Shown here: one piece after another, positions 37,699 through 45,969 of the stretch
Layout: each line of letters opens with the position of its first letter
Numbering within the stretch: position 1 is the first letter of the stretch
Assembly (NCBI GenBank): GCA_963705975.1
Contig: CAVPMI010000001.1
Location: 101,765-165,764, forward strand
Length of the DNA: 64,000 bases
Origin: an uncultured Pseudomonadota bacterium
GTDB lineage: Bacteria > Pseudomonadota > Gammaproteobacteria > Methylococcales > Methylomonadaceae
Direction: 5' to 3'
Translations under genes and position numbers: made by a program
Notes under the pieces: model-generated
The model's database searches: none
What the model was told of the DNA's origin: nothing
Seen by the model: the letters and a program-made list of their open reading frames with translations, nothing else

Positions 37699-39006
37699 TC
37701 AGATATGGCTGTAAGAAAAAGGGTATTTTATAAGCTCAATACCTTCTTTTTTTAACGCATAATCCGTACCACCAGAATAAAGACCGTAAGTGATAGTCTT
37801 CTTTTTATGACCGACAATATCAGCCACAGCGCCTTCGGGAAATTTATGATTTTCTAACTGCGTAACAAAAGTTTTACGGATCGAATGAAATACTTGTAAA
37901 TCTGAAAAATCAAAAGAGGCTTTCAAGCGACAAAATCTATTTTTAATACTATGCGAACGCTCACCATAAGAATTTGGCTTTTGATCTGTTAAGAGATAAC
38001 CATCTTTTGTATTGGCAATTAATCGCTTAACAACTGGCATAATTTTTGAATGAATAGGAAAATTACGAATACCTGCGCGAGTTTTACTATCACAAATATT
38101 TATTGTAAATTCATTCAATTCATAATCAAAAATTACATCCTCAACTTTTATATTACAAATTTCCTCTATTCTTGCGCCTGAATATGCGGCTAAAAGTATT
38201 AAATCAAGTAAATCATAATCTATACCATAATTGCGGCGGTCTCTTTGCCAGCATCTTTCGTACATGTTTACAATATCGATAGGCTTAAAAGGTATCCAAC
38301 TTTCAGCCGATTCCTTTTCTTGAGTGATTTTAGACTTAGAACCCAAAACACCTAAAAAATGTATAGTTAAATCAAGTTTTGAATTATCACGAACATATTC
38401 AATAAATGCATAACAATTTGTTTTTATACGTGATATGGTCGAAAAACTTCTTTCTTCCTCTAGAGACTTAAACCATGTGCGAAGCGCATAATGTTCAATA
38501 TTATTAAGGATTGGAAAATAATCGATAAAAAGCCTAACATCTTTTGATTTACGCTCATTGGTTTTTATTGAATGTTTTAAACCTGCTTGCCAAGAAAAAT
38601 AGTAAGTATCAGAAATTAATGCTTCACCATCAATGACTTTTTGCATAACACCCAAACCCTCTTCACCATATTTTTTATAAATACGTGACTGAGTAGCTTC
38701 AAATTGTATTTGCCGGTCTGGATTCAGTTCCATGCCTATATCAGCATATTCATTAATAGTTTTTATTTGATCCCAAAACGGCTTCCAAAACACCCCCTCG
38801 CAAATTAATTCTGAACCTTGCCCCCTCGCGTTAGCAATTTGAGATTTCCACAGCATGACGTATGGCGCAGATTTAAGCTCTGCCTTTTTTTCATTCGATT
38901 CTTTAAGTGAGACTTTAAACTTAGATTTTCCGAGAATTTTACGCACATCCTTCGGAATTATAAGCAAAGCATAATATGTATTACCGCGCTTTTCTAAATA
39001 TGACAT
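37699..39006 (-). CDS. Phage-type tyrosine integrase
   Basis: 435 aa. N-terminus RGNTYYALLIIPKDVRKILG (typical integrase arm-type domain), then AYSGARIEEI, FHSIRKTFVT (HxxR), IVGHKK and TYGLYSG. Confidence 0.9.
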   Translation of the reverse strand: MSYLEKRGNTYYALLIIPKDVRKILGKSKFKVSLKESNEKKAELKSAPYVMLWKSQIANARGQGSELICEGVFWKPFWDQIKTINEYADIGMELNPDRQIQFEATQSRIYKKYGEEGLGVMQKVIDGEALISDTYYFSWQAGLKHSIKTNERKSKDVRLFIDYFPILNNIEHYALRTWFKSLEEERSFSTISRIKTNCYAFIEYVRDNSKLDLTIHFLGVLGSKSKITQEKESAESWIPFKPIDIVNMYERCWQRDRRNYGIDYDLLDLILLAAYSGARIEEICNIKVEDVIFDYELNEFTINICDSKTRAGIRNFPIHSKIMPVVKRLIANTKDGYLLTDQKPNSYGERSHSIKNRFCRLKASFDFSDLQVFHSIRKTFVTQLENHKFPEGAVADIVGHKKKTITYGLYSGGTDYALKKEGIELIKYPFSYSHI

Positions 39007-39026
39007 TTGGTTACCTGAGCAATTAA

Positions 39027-39058
39027 TTTACCCCGGCATTTTACCCCAGTTTTACCCC
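39027..39058 (+). repeat. Three TTTACCCC repeats (same orientation as the left-end array)
   Basis: Copies at 39027-39034, 39040-47 and 39051-58, between the integrase start codon and the right junction. Confidence 0.75.
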
Positions 39059-39122
39059 AGCAACCAGCCGACAAAGCTTACAGGCCAAGGCCCGCAAGGG
39101 TTTCAGGTCAGCTGTGATCATC

Positions 39123-39486
39123 CATGCACTGTTATCATGCGCAAAAATTCCAGCGGCGCTTGTTTGAACACAGAGCCGATCCTAATTTCATGTTTGGCTT
39201 TCAAATTACTGCCTTGCACTCTGGAAACAAAGGAATGCAAACCTAAGGCTTGGTGGAGCACATCCAGTTTATCGTCATAAATGATTTTGCTCAGCGGGCA
39301 GGATTGCCGTAGATATTGGTTCTTGATTTCCATCACATAGCTGTACAGGGTTTTGTCGGTGCAAATACTGTGTGGATTCGGATATTTTTTCAGCAGCACA
39401 GCAGCCAGTTTTTGACTGTCTAGTAGTTTGAGCACCTGATCTGTGACGGTGGGCGCATAGCCGGCCAAATATTTTAAAGAGCGCAT
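39123..39486 (-). pseudogene. N-terminal fragment of the DUF45/YgjP-type metallopeptidase gene
   Basis: MRSLKYLAGYAPTVTDQVL...IGSVFKQAPLEFLRMITVH, then element-derived G-stop. The start, 39486, lies 11 nt downstream of the upstream gene stop. It joins in frame to 29792..29938. Confidence 0.75.
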
Positions 39487-39496
39487 AGTAAAAGCT

Positions 39497-39784
39497 TTAA
39501 TTCCACGGCGGTAAATCATTGTCATAGGCGACAAAATCTTTAACGCTTGGCCGGGTGATGGTATCGGCTGCCGGTTTGCCGGCTTTGGTTTGGTCTTTTG
39601 CTGATGCGGGTTTTGCAGGTGAATCCCTGGTAGCTGATTCCTCCGCCCAATTTGCAAATAACGCGATGTCAACAGTACCCGGCGCATACCATTTTTTAAC
39701 GGAGGCATCCCATCTTGCGCCTAAGGCTTTTGCTGCGTCCTTTTCGGCATACGGAACATTGAGGTAGGTTTTTGTGCTTGTCAT
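39497..39784 (-). CDS. DUF5710-like small protein
   Basis: 95 aa. YLNVPYAEKDAAKALGARWDASVKKWYAP matches my recollection of the DUF5710 motif seen at the N-terminus of TraC-type primases. Confidence 0.65.
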   Translation of the reverse strand: MTSTKTYLNVPYAEKDAAKALGARWDASVKKWYAPGTVDIALFANWAEESATRDSPAKPASAKDQTKAGKPAADTITRPSVKDFVAYDNDLPPWN

Positions 39785-39833
39785 CAGTGCTAAGCTTGAT
39801 TTATGATATTAACATTTGAACATAAGCAATGAC

Positions 39834-40172
39834 TTATAGCAATTCTTCTGCACTCAGGATAGGGTAAGCCTCATAAGCCGGCTGCTCGTAAGGGTGTACC
39901 TTGATAAGCGCTTGCAGGGCGGTTTTAATCAGTGGAGCTGAGCAGATCATTTCCACTTTGTATTCGGCAACTCTTTCCAACTTAGCCGTTTCGCCCACGA
40001 ACGGTTGGCTGCCCGGTAATGGACGGAATTGGCCCTCGCCCAAGGTTTGCCAGCAACAGCGGTCATAGTCTTTATATCGACCGGCGCCAGCCTCGAACAA
40101 AGCGTTTTTCACCAGTTCAAGATGGCTGGCCGGCACGTAAAAACTCAGTTTATATATCGTGTGCTGTGTCAT
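39834..40172 (-). CDS. Small conserved protein (NIF3-related / COG3323-like candidate)
   Basis: 112-aa ORF: KLSFYVPASHLELVKNALFEAGAGRYKDYDRCCWQTLGEGQFRP.... The family name is tentative recollection. Confidence 0.45.
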   Translation of the reverse strand: MTQHTIYKLSFYVPASHLELVKNALFEAGAGRYKDYDRCCWQTLGEGQFRPLPGSQPFVGETAKLERVAEYKVEMICSAPLIKTALQALIKVHPYEQPAYEAYPILSAEELL

Positions 40173-40182
40173 CGTCTAGGCT

Positions 40183-40338
40183 GTTTTAATTTAATGTCGC
40201 AAGTATAAATACGCCCCACAGTACAATCACCACGGTGATTTCCTCCAGCATATTCACCACCGATTGCTGGTCGGTTCTGGCAAGCATAGATATTTGGTTG
40301 GCTTTTTGATCGCGCATATGCACAGAATGTTTAATCAT
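40183..40338 (-). CDS. Candidate 51-aa small membrane protein immediately downstream of lexA
   Basis: Own translation: MIKHSVHMRDQKANQISMLARTDQQSVVNMLEEITVVIVLWGVFILATLN*. GGAG lies 6 nt upstream of the ATG, and the start is 9 nt after the lexA stop. Below the ORF-track length cut-off. Confidence 0.35.
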
Positions 40339-40347
40339 GACTTTCTC

Positions 40348-40980
40348 CTAATGAAGGTGGGTATAGCTACGCATTTGCCCGACTAACACCCCCTGGATTT
40401 CCACTTGCTGTGGTTGGTAGCGCATAGCTTCCATTTTTGAGTTGGCCGGAATTAACAAAGTTTCGTGCGGGTATTGCTCAATAAATTTCAAAGTAGCTTC
40501 GCTTTTGTCGACTAAAGCCACGACGATTTCGCCGTTGCGGGCGTGGCTGCGTTGTTCTATAACCACCCAATCGCCGTCAAAAATACCTTCTTCGCACATG
40601 GAGTCGCCTTTAACTTTCAGCACATAACAGGCATTTTCGGTTTTTATTTGTTCCGGAATCGCCATGTAACTAATATTTTCGATGGCTTCAATTGGCCGGC
40701 CTGCAGCGATATAACCGATAAAAGGTAATTTGTCGTTATCCTTGGCCTTGGATATTAAGTTTTTGGCTTGTTGGGTTAAACGAATACCACGCTGTTTGCG
40801 CTCGGGTGCTTCAATTAATTGCGCTTCAATCAGGGCCTTAATTTGATGATGCATGGAGCCGCGCGATTTTAAGCCTAAAGCTGCACATAATTCGTCAAGC
40901 GTTGGCGGGTGTAGAAAGCTGTCCTGGCTCTGTAGCAGGAAATCGAGTATTTCTTTTTGTTTGCGAGTTAGAGTGTGCAC
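40348..40980 (-). CDS. lexA: LexA repressor
   Basis: The track ORF extends to 41076, but the likely start is GTG 40980 (VHTLTRKQKEILDFL...). It has a winged HTH, the Ala-Gly cleavage region GYIAAGRPIEA and the S24 peptidase motif VKGDSM. Confidence 0.9.
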   Translation of the reverse strand: MHTLTRKQKEILDFLLQSQDSFLHPPTLDELCAALGLKSRGSMHHQIKALIEAQLIEAPERKQRGIRLTQQAKNLISKAKDNDKLPFIGYIAAGRPIEAIENISYMAIPEQIKTENACYVLKVKGDSMCEEGIFDGDWVVIEQRSHARNGEIVVALVDKSEATLKFIEQYPHETLLIPANSKMEAMRYQPQQVEIQGVLVGQMRSYTHLH

Positions 40981-40984
40981 TTGT

Positions 40985-41043
40985 GTTCCTAATTTGTTCT
41001 TGGTTAAGATAGCATAAGAATAAAAATAGAACAAGTGGAGAAC
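40985..41043. promoter_or_regulatory. Two GTTC-N7-GTTC / GAAC-N7-GAAC motifs upstream of lexA (candidate non-canonical SOS boxes)
   Basis: GTTCCTAATTTGTTC at 40985-40999 and GAACAAGTGGAGAAC at 41029-41043, both on the + strand. No CTGT-N8-ACAG is seen. Confidence 0.3.
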
Positions 41044-41281
41044 TAATGTATTACAAAAATAATTTGAAATATCCATGCAAATTAGCTGTGCTAAGAAATT
41101 CGCAGTTAGTTAATCGACAAGCTTGAATTGAAAGCATAAAATCGCCGTTCCAAGCGCTTTGACGCTTGTTGAGCTTTAGTCCGTGTTGCCGAGGCCAAAT
41201 CTTTGTTACTAAATGGTTTAAGTGCTAAGCAACATCATGATCCATTGTTTTTGAATCAATAATTATAAAGGGAGAGGCTTT

Positions 41282-41551
41282 ATGAAAATTTTATTAGCGT
41301 TGCTTGCTGTAGTCATTGTGATTTTGCTGGTGTGGTTGCTAAAGCGTAAGTCTACGCAAGCAAAAGCGCCACAATCTCAGGCGCCTTTACACACTTTACA
41401 ACAGAAAGTTTTGCCGGAACGTCAATCTGAGGCCAGCGAAATAGCCATTCAGAAACCTGTGAGTGTCAGAGTTGCAGCTGCTGAAGATGCGCCTGTTGAA
41501 AATAGGCCGGAAGAGCAGCCTCCGGTTTGGTTCATTCCCTCAAGCTTTTAG
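41282..41551 (+). CDS. Small TM-anchored protein; possibly the N-terminal part of a frameshifted RRHY-repeat gene
   Basis: 89 aa with GGGAGAGG upstream and an N-terminal TM (ILLALLAVVIVILLVWLL). Its end overlaps the next frame. Confidence 0.45.
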   Translation: MKILLALLAVVIVILLVWLLKRKSTQAKAPQSQAPLHTLQQKVLPERQSEASEIAIQKPVSVRVAAAEDAPVENRPEEQPPVWFIPSSF

Positions 41552-41951
41552 GGCGGAGACAATACCGGAAGATTCTATGTTGCGTAGACATTACTTTAGC
41601 AATCTCGAAGCTGAACGGCTGGCCATCACCCACCCCTACCCAACTGATTCAATGTTAAGACGGCATTATGCAAGCGGGTTGGCTTGGCAATTAAAGCCTC
41701 CCTGCATAGTAGGCAGTAATGAACTGGTTGCAACTGCGGAGGAAGCTGAAAACAGTGCTTTTGCCGATCAGCCGGTAAATAAAAGAATAATACCTGAAGA
41801 TTCAACGCTCAAACGGCATTTTTTAACACAAATCCAAGCCGAAGTGGAAGCCAGCTTATCGCAGCGGCCAACGGATGCTACTTTGCGGCGGCATTATGAT
41901 AGTCTGGTGAAGTGCAGGGTGGATGCCTATTTGAAGGCGCTTGCAGCCTAA
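41487..41951 (+). CDS. Protein with four P(E/T)D(S/A)(M/T)L(R/K)RH(Y/F) repeats
   Basis: Track ORF 41463..41951, with the first ATG at 41487. The repeats are IPEDSMLRRHY, YPTDSMLRRHY, IPEDSTLKRHF and RPTDATLRRHY. There is no convincing RBS, so it may continue from 41282 after a frameshift. Confidence 0.45.
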   Translation: MRLLKIGRKSSLRFGSFPQAFRAETIPEDSMLRRHYFSNLEAERLAITHPYPTDSMLRRHYASGLAWQLKPPCIVGSNELVATAEEAENSAFADQPVNKRIIPEDSTLKRHFLTQIQAEVEASLSQRPTDATLRRHYDSLVKCRVDAYLKALAA

Positions 41952-41961
41952 AGAGTTGCAT

Positions 41962-41994
41962 TTTGGCGGATGCCGGTTTTTTGCCTCCGCCAAA
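41962..41994. terminator. Hairpin between convergent genes
   Basis: TTTGGCGGA (41962-41970) and TCCGCCAAA (41986-41994), with TTTTTT in the loop region. Confidence 0.5.
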
Positions 41995-42002
41995 CTTCAG
42001 CT

Positions 42003-42389
42003 CTATTCTTTAACCGGCTTGAAAATGGGCCCGTAGGCGGTGGATTTATTAAAGTCTTCCCAGACATAGAGCGGAAAAACGATGGGTTGCGTCGGTAAAG
42101 GCGCAGTGACCAGGTCTAATATGCCTACCCCGGTCCTACCCAGCAAATCAACGCCACCTATAACCAGGCCGCCTGCCAGGCCGAATAACACATTTGTTTG
42201 ATTGCTGACGATGATGATGTTTTTGGGGACTTCCAAAACCGACAAAGTTAAGTTGGCAAAACCACTGCTGACTTTGCGAGCGACCGTATCCCCGTAACTT
42301 TCTATTGGCTGTTGGGCATGGACTATTGAGGCAGTACACAGCATTGCAGTTATCAACAGCGCGAACAACATAGGGGAATTGGTTTTCAT
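42003..42389 (-). CDS. Small secreted protein (exosortase-associated TIGR04073-like candidate)
   Basis: 128 aa with a signal peptide (...CTASIVHA) and SGFANLTLSVLEVPKNI...GGVDLLGRTGVGILDLVT. The family name is recollection only. Confidence 0.45.
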   Translation of the reverse strand: MKTNSPMLFALLITAMLCTASIVHAQQPIESYGDTVARKVSSGFANLTLSVLEVPKNIIIVSNQTNVLFGLAGGLVIGGVDLLGRTGVGILDLVTAPLPTQPIVFPLYVWEDFNKSTAYGPIFKPVKE

Positions 42390-42496
42390 GGTTGATCCTA
42401 TAAGTTAAAAGCGTGCACAAACATCACAATGGTGAGGGTAGAACAAGCATAATGAACAGCAATTATCCCGAAAAAGTATAGCAGAACGGCTGACAA

Positions 42497-44773
42497 TTAT
42501 TTGTTTAAGACTTTGGCAAATGCATTGCTCATACTGTTCTGAAATGCCGGCTGTAGTTTGGGTTTTGGCGTTGATTTATTAGGTTTTTCCCGGGGTACGA
42601 TCTCACTGTTATCGATATTTTTCTTCATGCTTAAAGAAATGCGCTGCCGAGTTACGTCGACTTCCAGTACTCTGACTTTGACCATTTCACCGGTTTTTAC
42701 CACGTCGCGTGGATCTTTGACGAAGTCGTCCGCCAGATGCGAGATATGCACCAAACCATCTTGATGCACGCCTATATCGACAAAGGCGCCGAAATTAGCG
42801 ACGTTGGTCACTACCCCGTCCAAGGTCATGCCTGGTTGCAGATCGGTAATCTTTTCTACACCCTCCTTAAATTGTACGCTTTTGAATTCGGGACGCGGAT
42901 CTCGGCCGGGTTTTTCCAGTTCCTGTAGTATATCAGTGACTGTGGGTAGGCCGAAGGCGGCGCTGGTGTAATTGGCCGGATTCAGATTCCGCAGGAATTG
43001 ACTTTGGCCTATGAGATCCCTAATGGATTTGCCGGTATCGTCAAGGATAGCGTTGATTACCGGATAGGCTTCAGGATGCACAGACGAGGCGTCGAGCGGA
43101 TTGTCGCCCTGCATGATACGTAAAAAACCGGCCGCCTGTTCAAAGGCTTTATCGCCAAGTCTCGGTACTTTTTTCAATTGGCTACGATTGGTAAAGGGGC
43201 CGTTTGCGTCCCGGAAAGCGACTATGTTTTCGCTGATACTGCTACTAAGTCCGGAAACCTGTTTCAATAAGGCGACGGAAGCTGTATTGACATCCACGCC
43301 GACTGCGTTCACACAGTCTTCAACTACGCTATCCAGCATTTTGGCAAGCTGAGATTGGTTGACATCGTGTTGATATTGGCCTACGCCGATGGATTTGGCA
43401 TCGATTTTGACCAGTTCCGCCAGTGGATCCTGCAGGCGGCGGGCAATGGAAACGGCGCCGCGTAGCGAGACATCCATATCCGGGAACTCTTTGGCGGCGA
43501 GTTCTGATGCGGAATATACCGAGGCTCCGGCCTCCGAGACCATGATTTTATTGATTTTTAATTGTGGATGCTGTTTCATTAGATCGGAGATTAGCTGGTC
43601 GGTTTCTCTGGATCCGGTACCGTTCCCGATGCTTACCAAGTCTACTTGATGCTGGCTAATCAAACGGGCTAAAACGGCTATCGATTGGTCCCACTGATTT
43701 TTTGGCTGATGCGGATAAACTACATCGGTGGTTAATACTTTACCGGTGGCGTCGACCACTGCGACTTTTACGCCGGTGCGGATGCCTGGATCGAGCCCCA
43801 TCGTGGCTTTGGGTCCGGCGGGTGCGGCGAGTAACAAGTCCCGCAAATTGCTGGCGAAAACCCGAATGGCTTCCAGTTCGGCTGCTTCACGTAAGCGGAG
43901 CTTCAGGTCTATATCAATGCGGGTGAATAATTTGATTTTCCAAGCTAGTCGTGCGGTTTCCGCCAGCCAAGCATCGGCGGGCAGGCTGGTATCGCTGACC
44001 TGTAAATGCCGCGCTACTAACTGGGCGCAGATTTGATGTTCATCCTGCTCCAGTTCGGCGGGTTTTAAGTTTAGGGCCAGACAGTCTTCATTCCGGCCGC
44101 GAAACAGCGCCAGCGCACGATGGGACGGGATGTTCCGAATAGCCTCGCTATAGTCGAAATAGTCTTTAAATTTGGCTGCTTCTGCTTCTTTGCCGTTGAC
44201 GACTGTAGAGTGCAGTATGCCTTTACTCCAGATCCGCTCGCGAAAATCGCTTAGTAGTTCTGCGGCTTCAGCGATGCGTTCCATAATGATTTGCCGAGCG
44301 CCATCTAAAGCAGCAGCGATATCGGCGACGCCTTTGTCGTTATCTATATAAGCTGCAGCGGCTTGTTCAGGAATGAGTTTACGATTGTCGAGCAAGGCGT
44401 CAGCCAGGGGTTCCAGGCCGGCTTCGCGGGCGATTTGCGCTTTGGTGCGACGCTTAGGTTTGAAAGGCAAGTATAAATCTTCTAGCAGAGTTTTGGTGTC
44501 CGCAGCAATGATATTTTTCTCTAATTCCGGGCTGAGTTTGCCTTGCGAGCGAATACTTTCCAGGATGCTGATACGACGTTCATTCAGTTCTCGTAGATAA
44601 CCTAGGCGTTCTTCGAGCTTACGGAGTTGGGTGTCGTCCAGTCCGTCGGTGACTTCTTTACGATAACGGGAGATAAACGGCACAGTGGCGCCTTCATCAA
44701 GCAGCGCGACGGCGGCGGCGACTTGTTCTGTTTTAACTGAGAGTTCTTGGGCTATGCGTTGAATGACGTCCAT
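42497..44773 (-). CDS. tex: Transcription accessory protein Tex
   Basis: 758 aa. N-terminus IAQELSVKTEQVAAAVALLDEGATVPFISRYRKE, a YqgF-like core and a C-terminal S1 domain GMTLDGVVTNVANFGAFVDIGVHQDGLVHIS. Confidence 0.9.
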   Translation of the reverse strand: MDVIQRIAQELSVKTEQVAAAVALLDEGATVPFISRYRKEVTDGLDDTQLRKLEERLGYLRELNERRISILESIRSQGKLSPELEKNIIAADTKTLLEDLYLPFKPKRRTKAQIAREAGLEPLADALLDNRKLIPEQAAAAYIDNDKGVADIAAALDGARQIIMERIAEAAELLSDFRERIWSKGILHSTVVNGKEAEAAKFKDYFDYSEAIRNIPSHRALALFRGRNEDCLALNLKPAELEQDEHQICAQLVARHLQVSDTSLPADAWLAETARLAWKIKLFTRIDIDLKLRLREAAELEAIRVFASNLRDLLLAAPAGPKATMGLDPGIRTGVKVAVVDATGKVLTTDVVYPHQPKNQWDQSIAVLARLISQHQVDLVSIGNGTGSRETDQLISDLMKQHPQLKINKIMVSEAGASVYSASELAAKEFPDMDVSLRGAVSIARRLQDPLAELVKIDAKSIGVGQYQHDVNQSQLAKMLDSVVEDCVNAVGVDVNTASVALLKQVSGLSSSISENIVAFRDANGPFTNRSQLKKVPRLGDKAFEQAAGFLRIMQGDNPLDASSVHPEAYPVINAILDDTGKSIRDLIGQSQFLRNLNPANYTSAAFGLPTVTDILQELEKPGRDPRPEFKSVQFKEGVEKITDLQPGMTLDGVVTNVANFGAFVDIGVHQDGLVHISHLADDFVKDPRDVVKTGEMVKVRVLEVDVTRQRISLSMKKNIDNSEIVPREKPNKSTPKPKLQPAFQNSMSNAFAKVLNK

Positions 44774-44865
44774 TTATACGTTTGGCTGAAATTTGCAAAA
44801 ACGCCTATTCTACCAGTACGGATAAAAAAAGCTTAGTCGGATAAGAATTGACGGTTTAGACAGTG

Positions 44866-44902
44866 CATAAAAAAGCCATCACCTGCCGCGGCAGGTGATG
44901 GC
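44866..44902 (-). terminator. Rho-independent terminator
   Basis: Perfect 13-bp stem GCCATCACCTGCC / GGCAGGTGATGGC (44875-44902), followed on the minus strand by TTTTTTAT. Confidence 0.75.
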
Positions 44903-44936
44903 TGAGTGTTACAGCAAGAATTTTTTTACAAAAATC

Positions 44937-45134
44937 TTATTTTTCGCCTTTCAATACATCGTTGTTCAGATCTTTGTGTTGTTTAAGAACGGCAGCTTCA
45001 GCTTGTGGAGTTGTAGCGGCGCTCATTTGCAAATGTTTTACTTCATCTTTTTTTAACATTAAAACGCCAGCGATGGCGATAACGGTAACCGCGATGACGA
45101 TGGTCAGGGTGTTATCTTTTTCTTGTTCAGCCAT
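44937..45134 (-). CDS. Small membrane protein (hypothetical)
   Basis: Track ORF 44937..45149. The start MAEQEKD at 45134 has GAGGA upstream, and there is one TM (LTIVIAVTVIAIAGVLML). Confidence 0.4.
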   Translation of the reverse strand: MAEQEKDNTLTIVIAVTVIAIAGVLMLKKDEVKHLQMSAATTPQAEAAVLKQHKDLNNDVLKGEK

Positions 45135-45510
45135 TTTAGTAATCCTCATTTGATTGTTGTAATAATTAAGCCCTTAAAAAAGGAGCAACTCGAGTTGCAT
45201 GTCGAAATTAGTATTATTATTAGTCGACGGGGACATTTTTTACACGTAAATTTGTTTCGTGTCAAAACATAATTACAAAAATGTTTTTTTTGCTTAAATT
45301 TTGTTAACTTGCGTGACCAAAAAGAAAGGTTGGCAATTGCTTCATTGGGGTGTAAATCGCCAAAAGCGTATGCAGCTAAAACAGTGGCATTTTCCAGAAA
45401 TTAATAAGTAGATTTAGTTCGAGGAAGAAGTTTCAGACTGTGAGCAGATTTCAATAATATGCAATCTGTAATAGAATAGACCCCCCTTGAACAAAGACTT
45501 GGCTTATAAC

Positions 45511-45969
45511 ATGCGTTGCCCGTTTTGCTCCGCACAAGATACCAGGGTAATCGATACCCGCTTGGCTGACGACGGCGAACAAGTAAAGCGCCGCCGGGAA
45601 TGCTTAGCCTGTAAGGAACGATTTAACACTTTTGAGGCGGCTGAACTTAATTTTCCGCGCATTATTAAGAGAAGCGGCGCCCGGCAAAGCTTTGATGAAG
45701 GTAAATTGCGGGCCGGTATGCAGCGCGCATTGGAAAAGCGGCCGGTGCAAGCTGATGCCGTTGAGGCAGCCATCAACCGCATTAAAAAAGCCCTAACGGC
45801 GACAGGCGAGCGGGAGATTCCAGCTAGGGCTTTGGGTGAATTAGTCATGCAGGAATTAAATGTGCTCGATCACGTGGCTTTTGTGCGTTTTGCCTCGGTT
45901 TATCGTAGCTTTGAAGATGTCAGCGAATTTACCAAAATGATACAAAGTCTGCAAAAAAATGAAATTTAG
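45511..45969 (+). CDS. nrdR: Transcriptional repressor NrdR
   Basis: [17 protein letters not shown]...[16 protein letters not shown] zinc ribbon plus an ATP-cone. The track ORF begins upstream at a TTG. Confidence 0.9.
   Translation: MRCPFCSAQDTRVIDTRLADDGEQVKRRRECLACKERFNTFEAAELNFPRIIKRSGARQSFDEGKLRAGMQRALEKRPVQADAVEAAINRIKKALTATGEREIPARALGELVMQELNVLDHVAFVRFASVYRSFEDVSEFTKMIQSLQKNEI

Larger units (their letters stand above)
29932..39129. mobile_element. ~9.2-kb AT-rich integrative element bounded by a 7-bp direct repeat (two tyrosine recombinases, HUH rolling-circle Rep, Sel1-repeat cargo)
   Basis: It interrupts one reading frame (see pseudogene fragments). CATGCAC is identical at 29932-29938 and 39123-39129. 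Integrase genes sit just inside both ends, and base composition drops sharply relative to the flanks, judged by eye. Confidence 0.85.

Noticed and set aside
29932-39129. Complete prophage
   Set aside because: It is only about 9.2 kb. I see no capsid, terminase, tail, lysis, or inovirus coat or Zot-like ORFs. It is treated as an integrative element or possible satellite instead.
39118-39708. Full 196-aa ORF as given in the track
   Set aside because: The first 74 codons overlap the better-supported DUF5710 gene in another frame and are Pro/Gln/Arg-rich nonsense. The real start is M75 (39486), and the last codons (G-stop) are element-derived.
41084-41107. CTGTGCTAAGAAATTCGCAG as a LexA (SOS) box
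   Set aside because: CTG and CAG are separated by 14 nt rather than the canonical 10, and the site is more than 100 nt upstream of the lexA start.
45150-45510. FMN or other riboswitch ahead of the nrdR-rib cluster
   Set aside because: I could not recognise the conserved RFN core (e.g. the GGATTCGGTGAAAxTCC-type segments), and intergenic gaps inside the rib cluster are too short. An Rfam scan would be needed to be sure.
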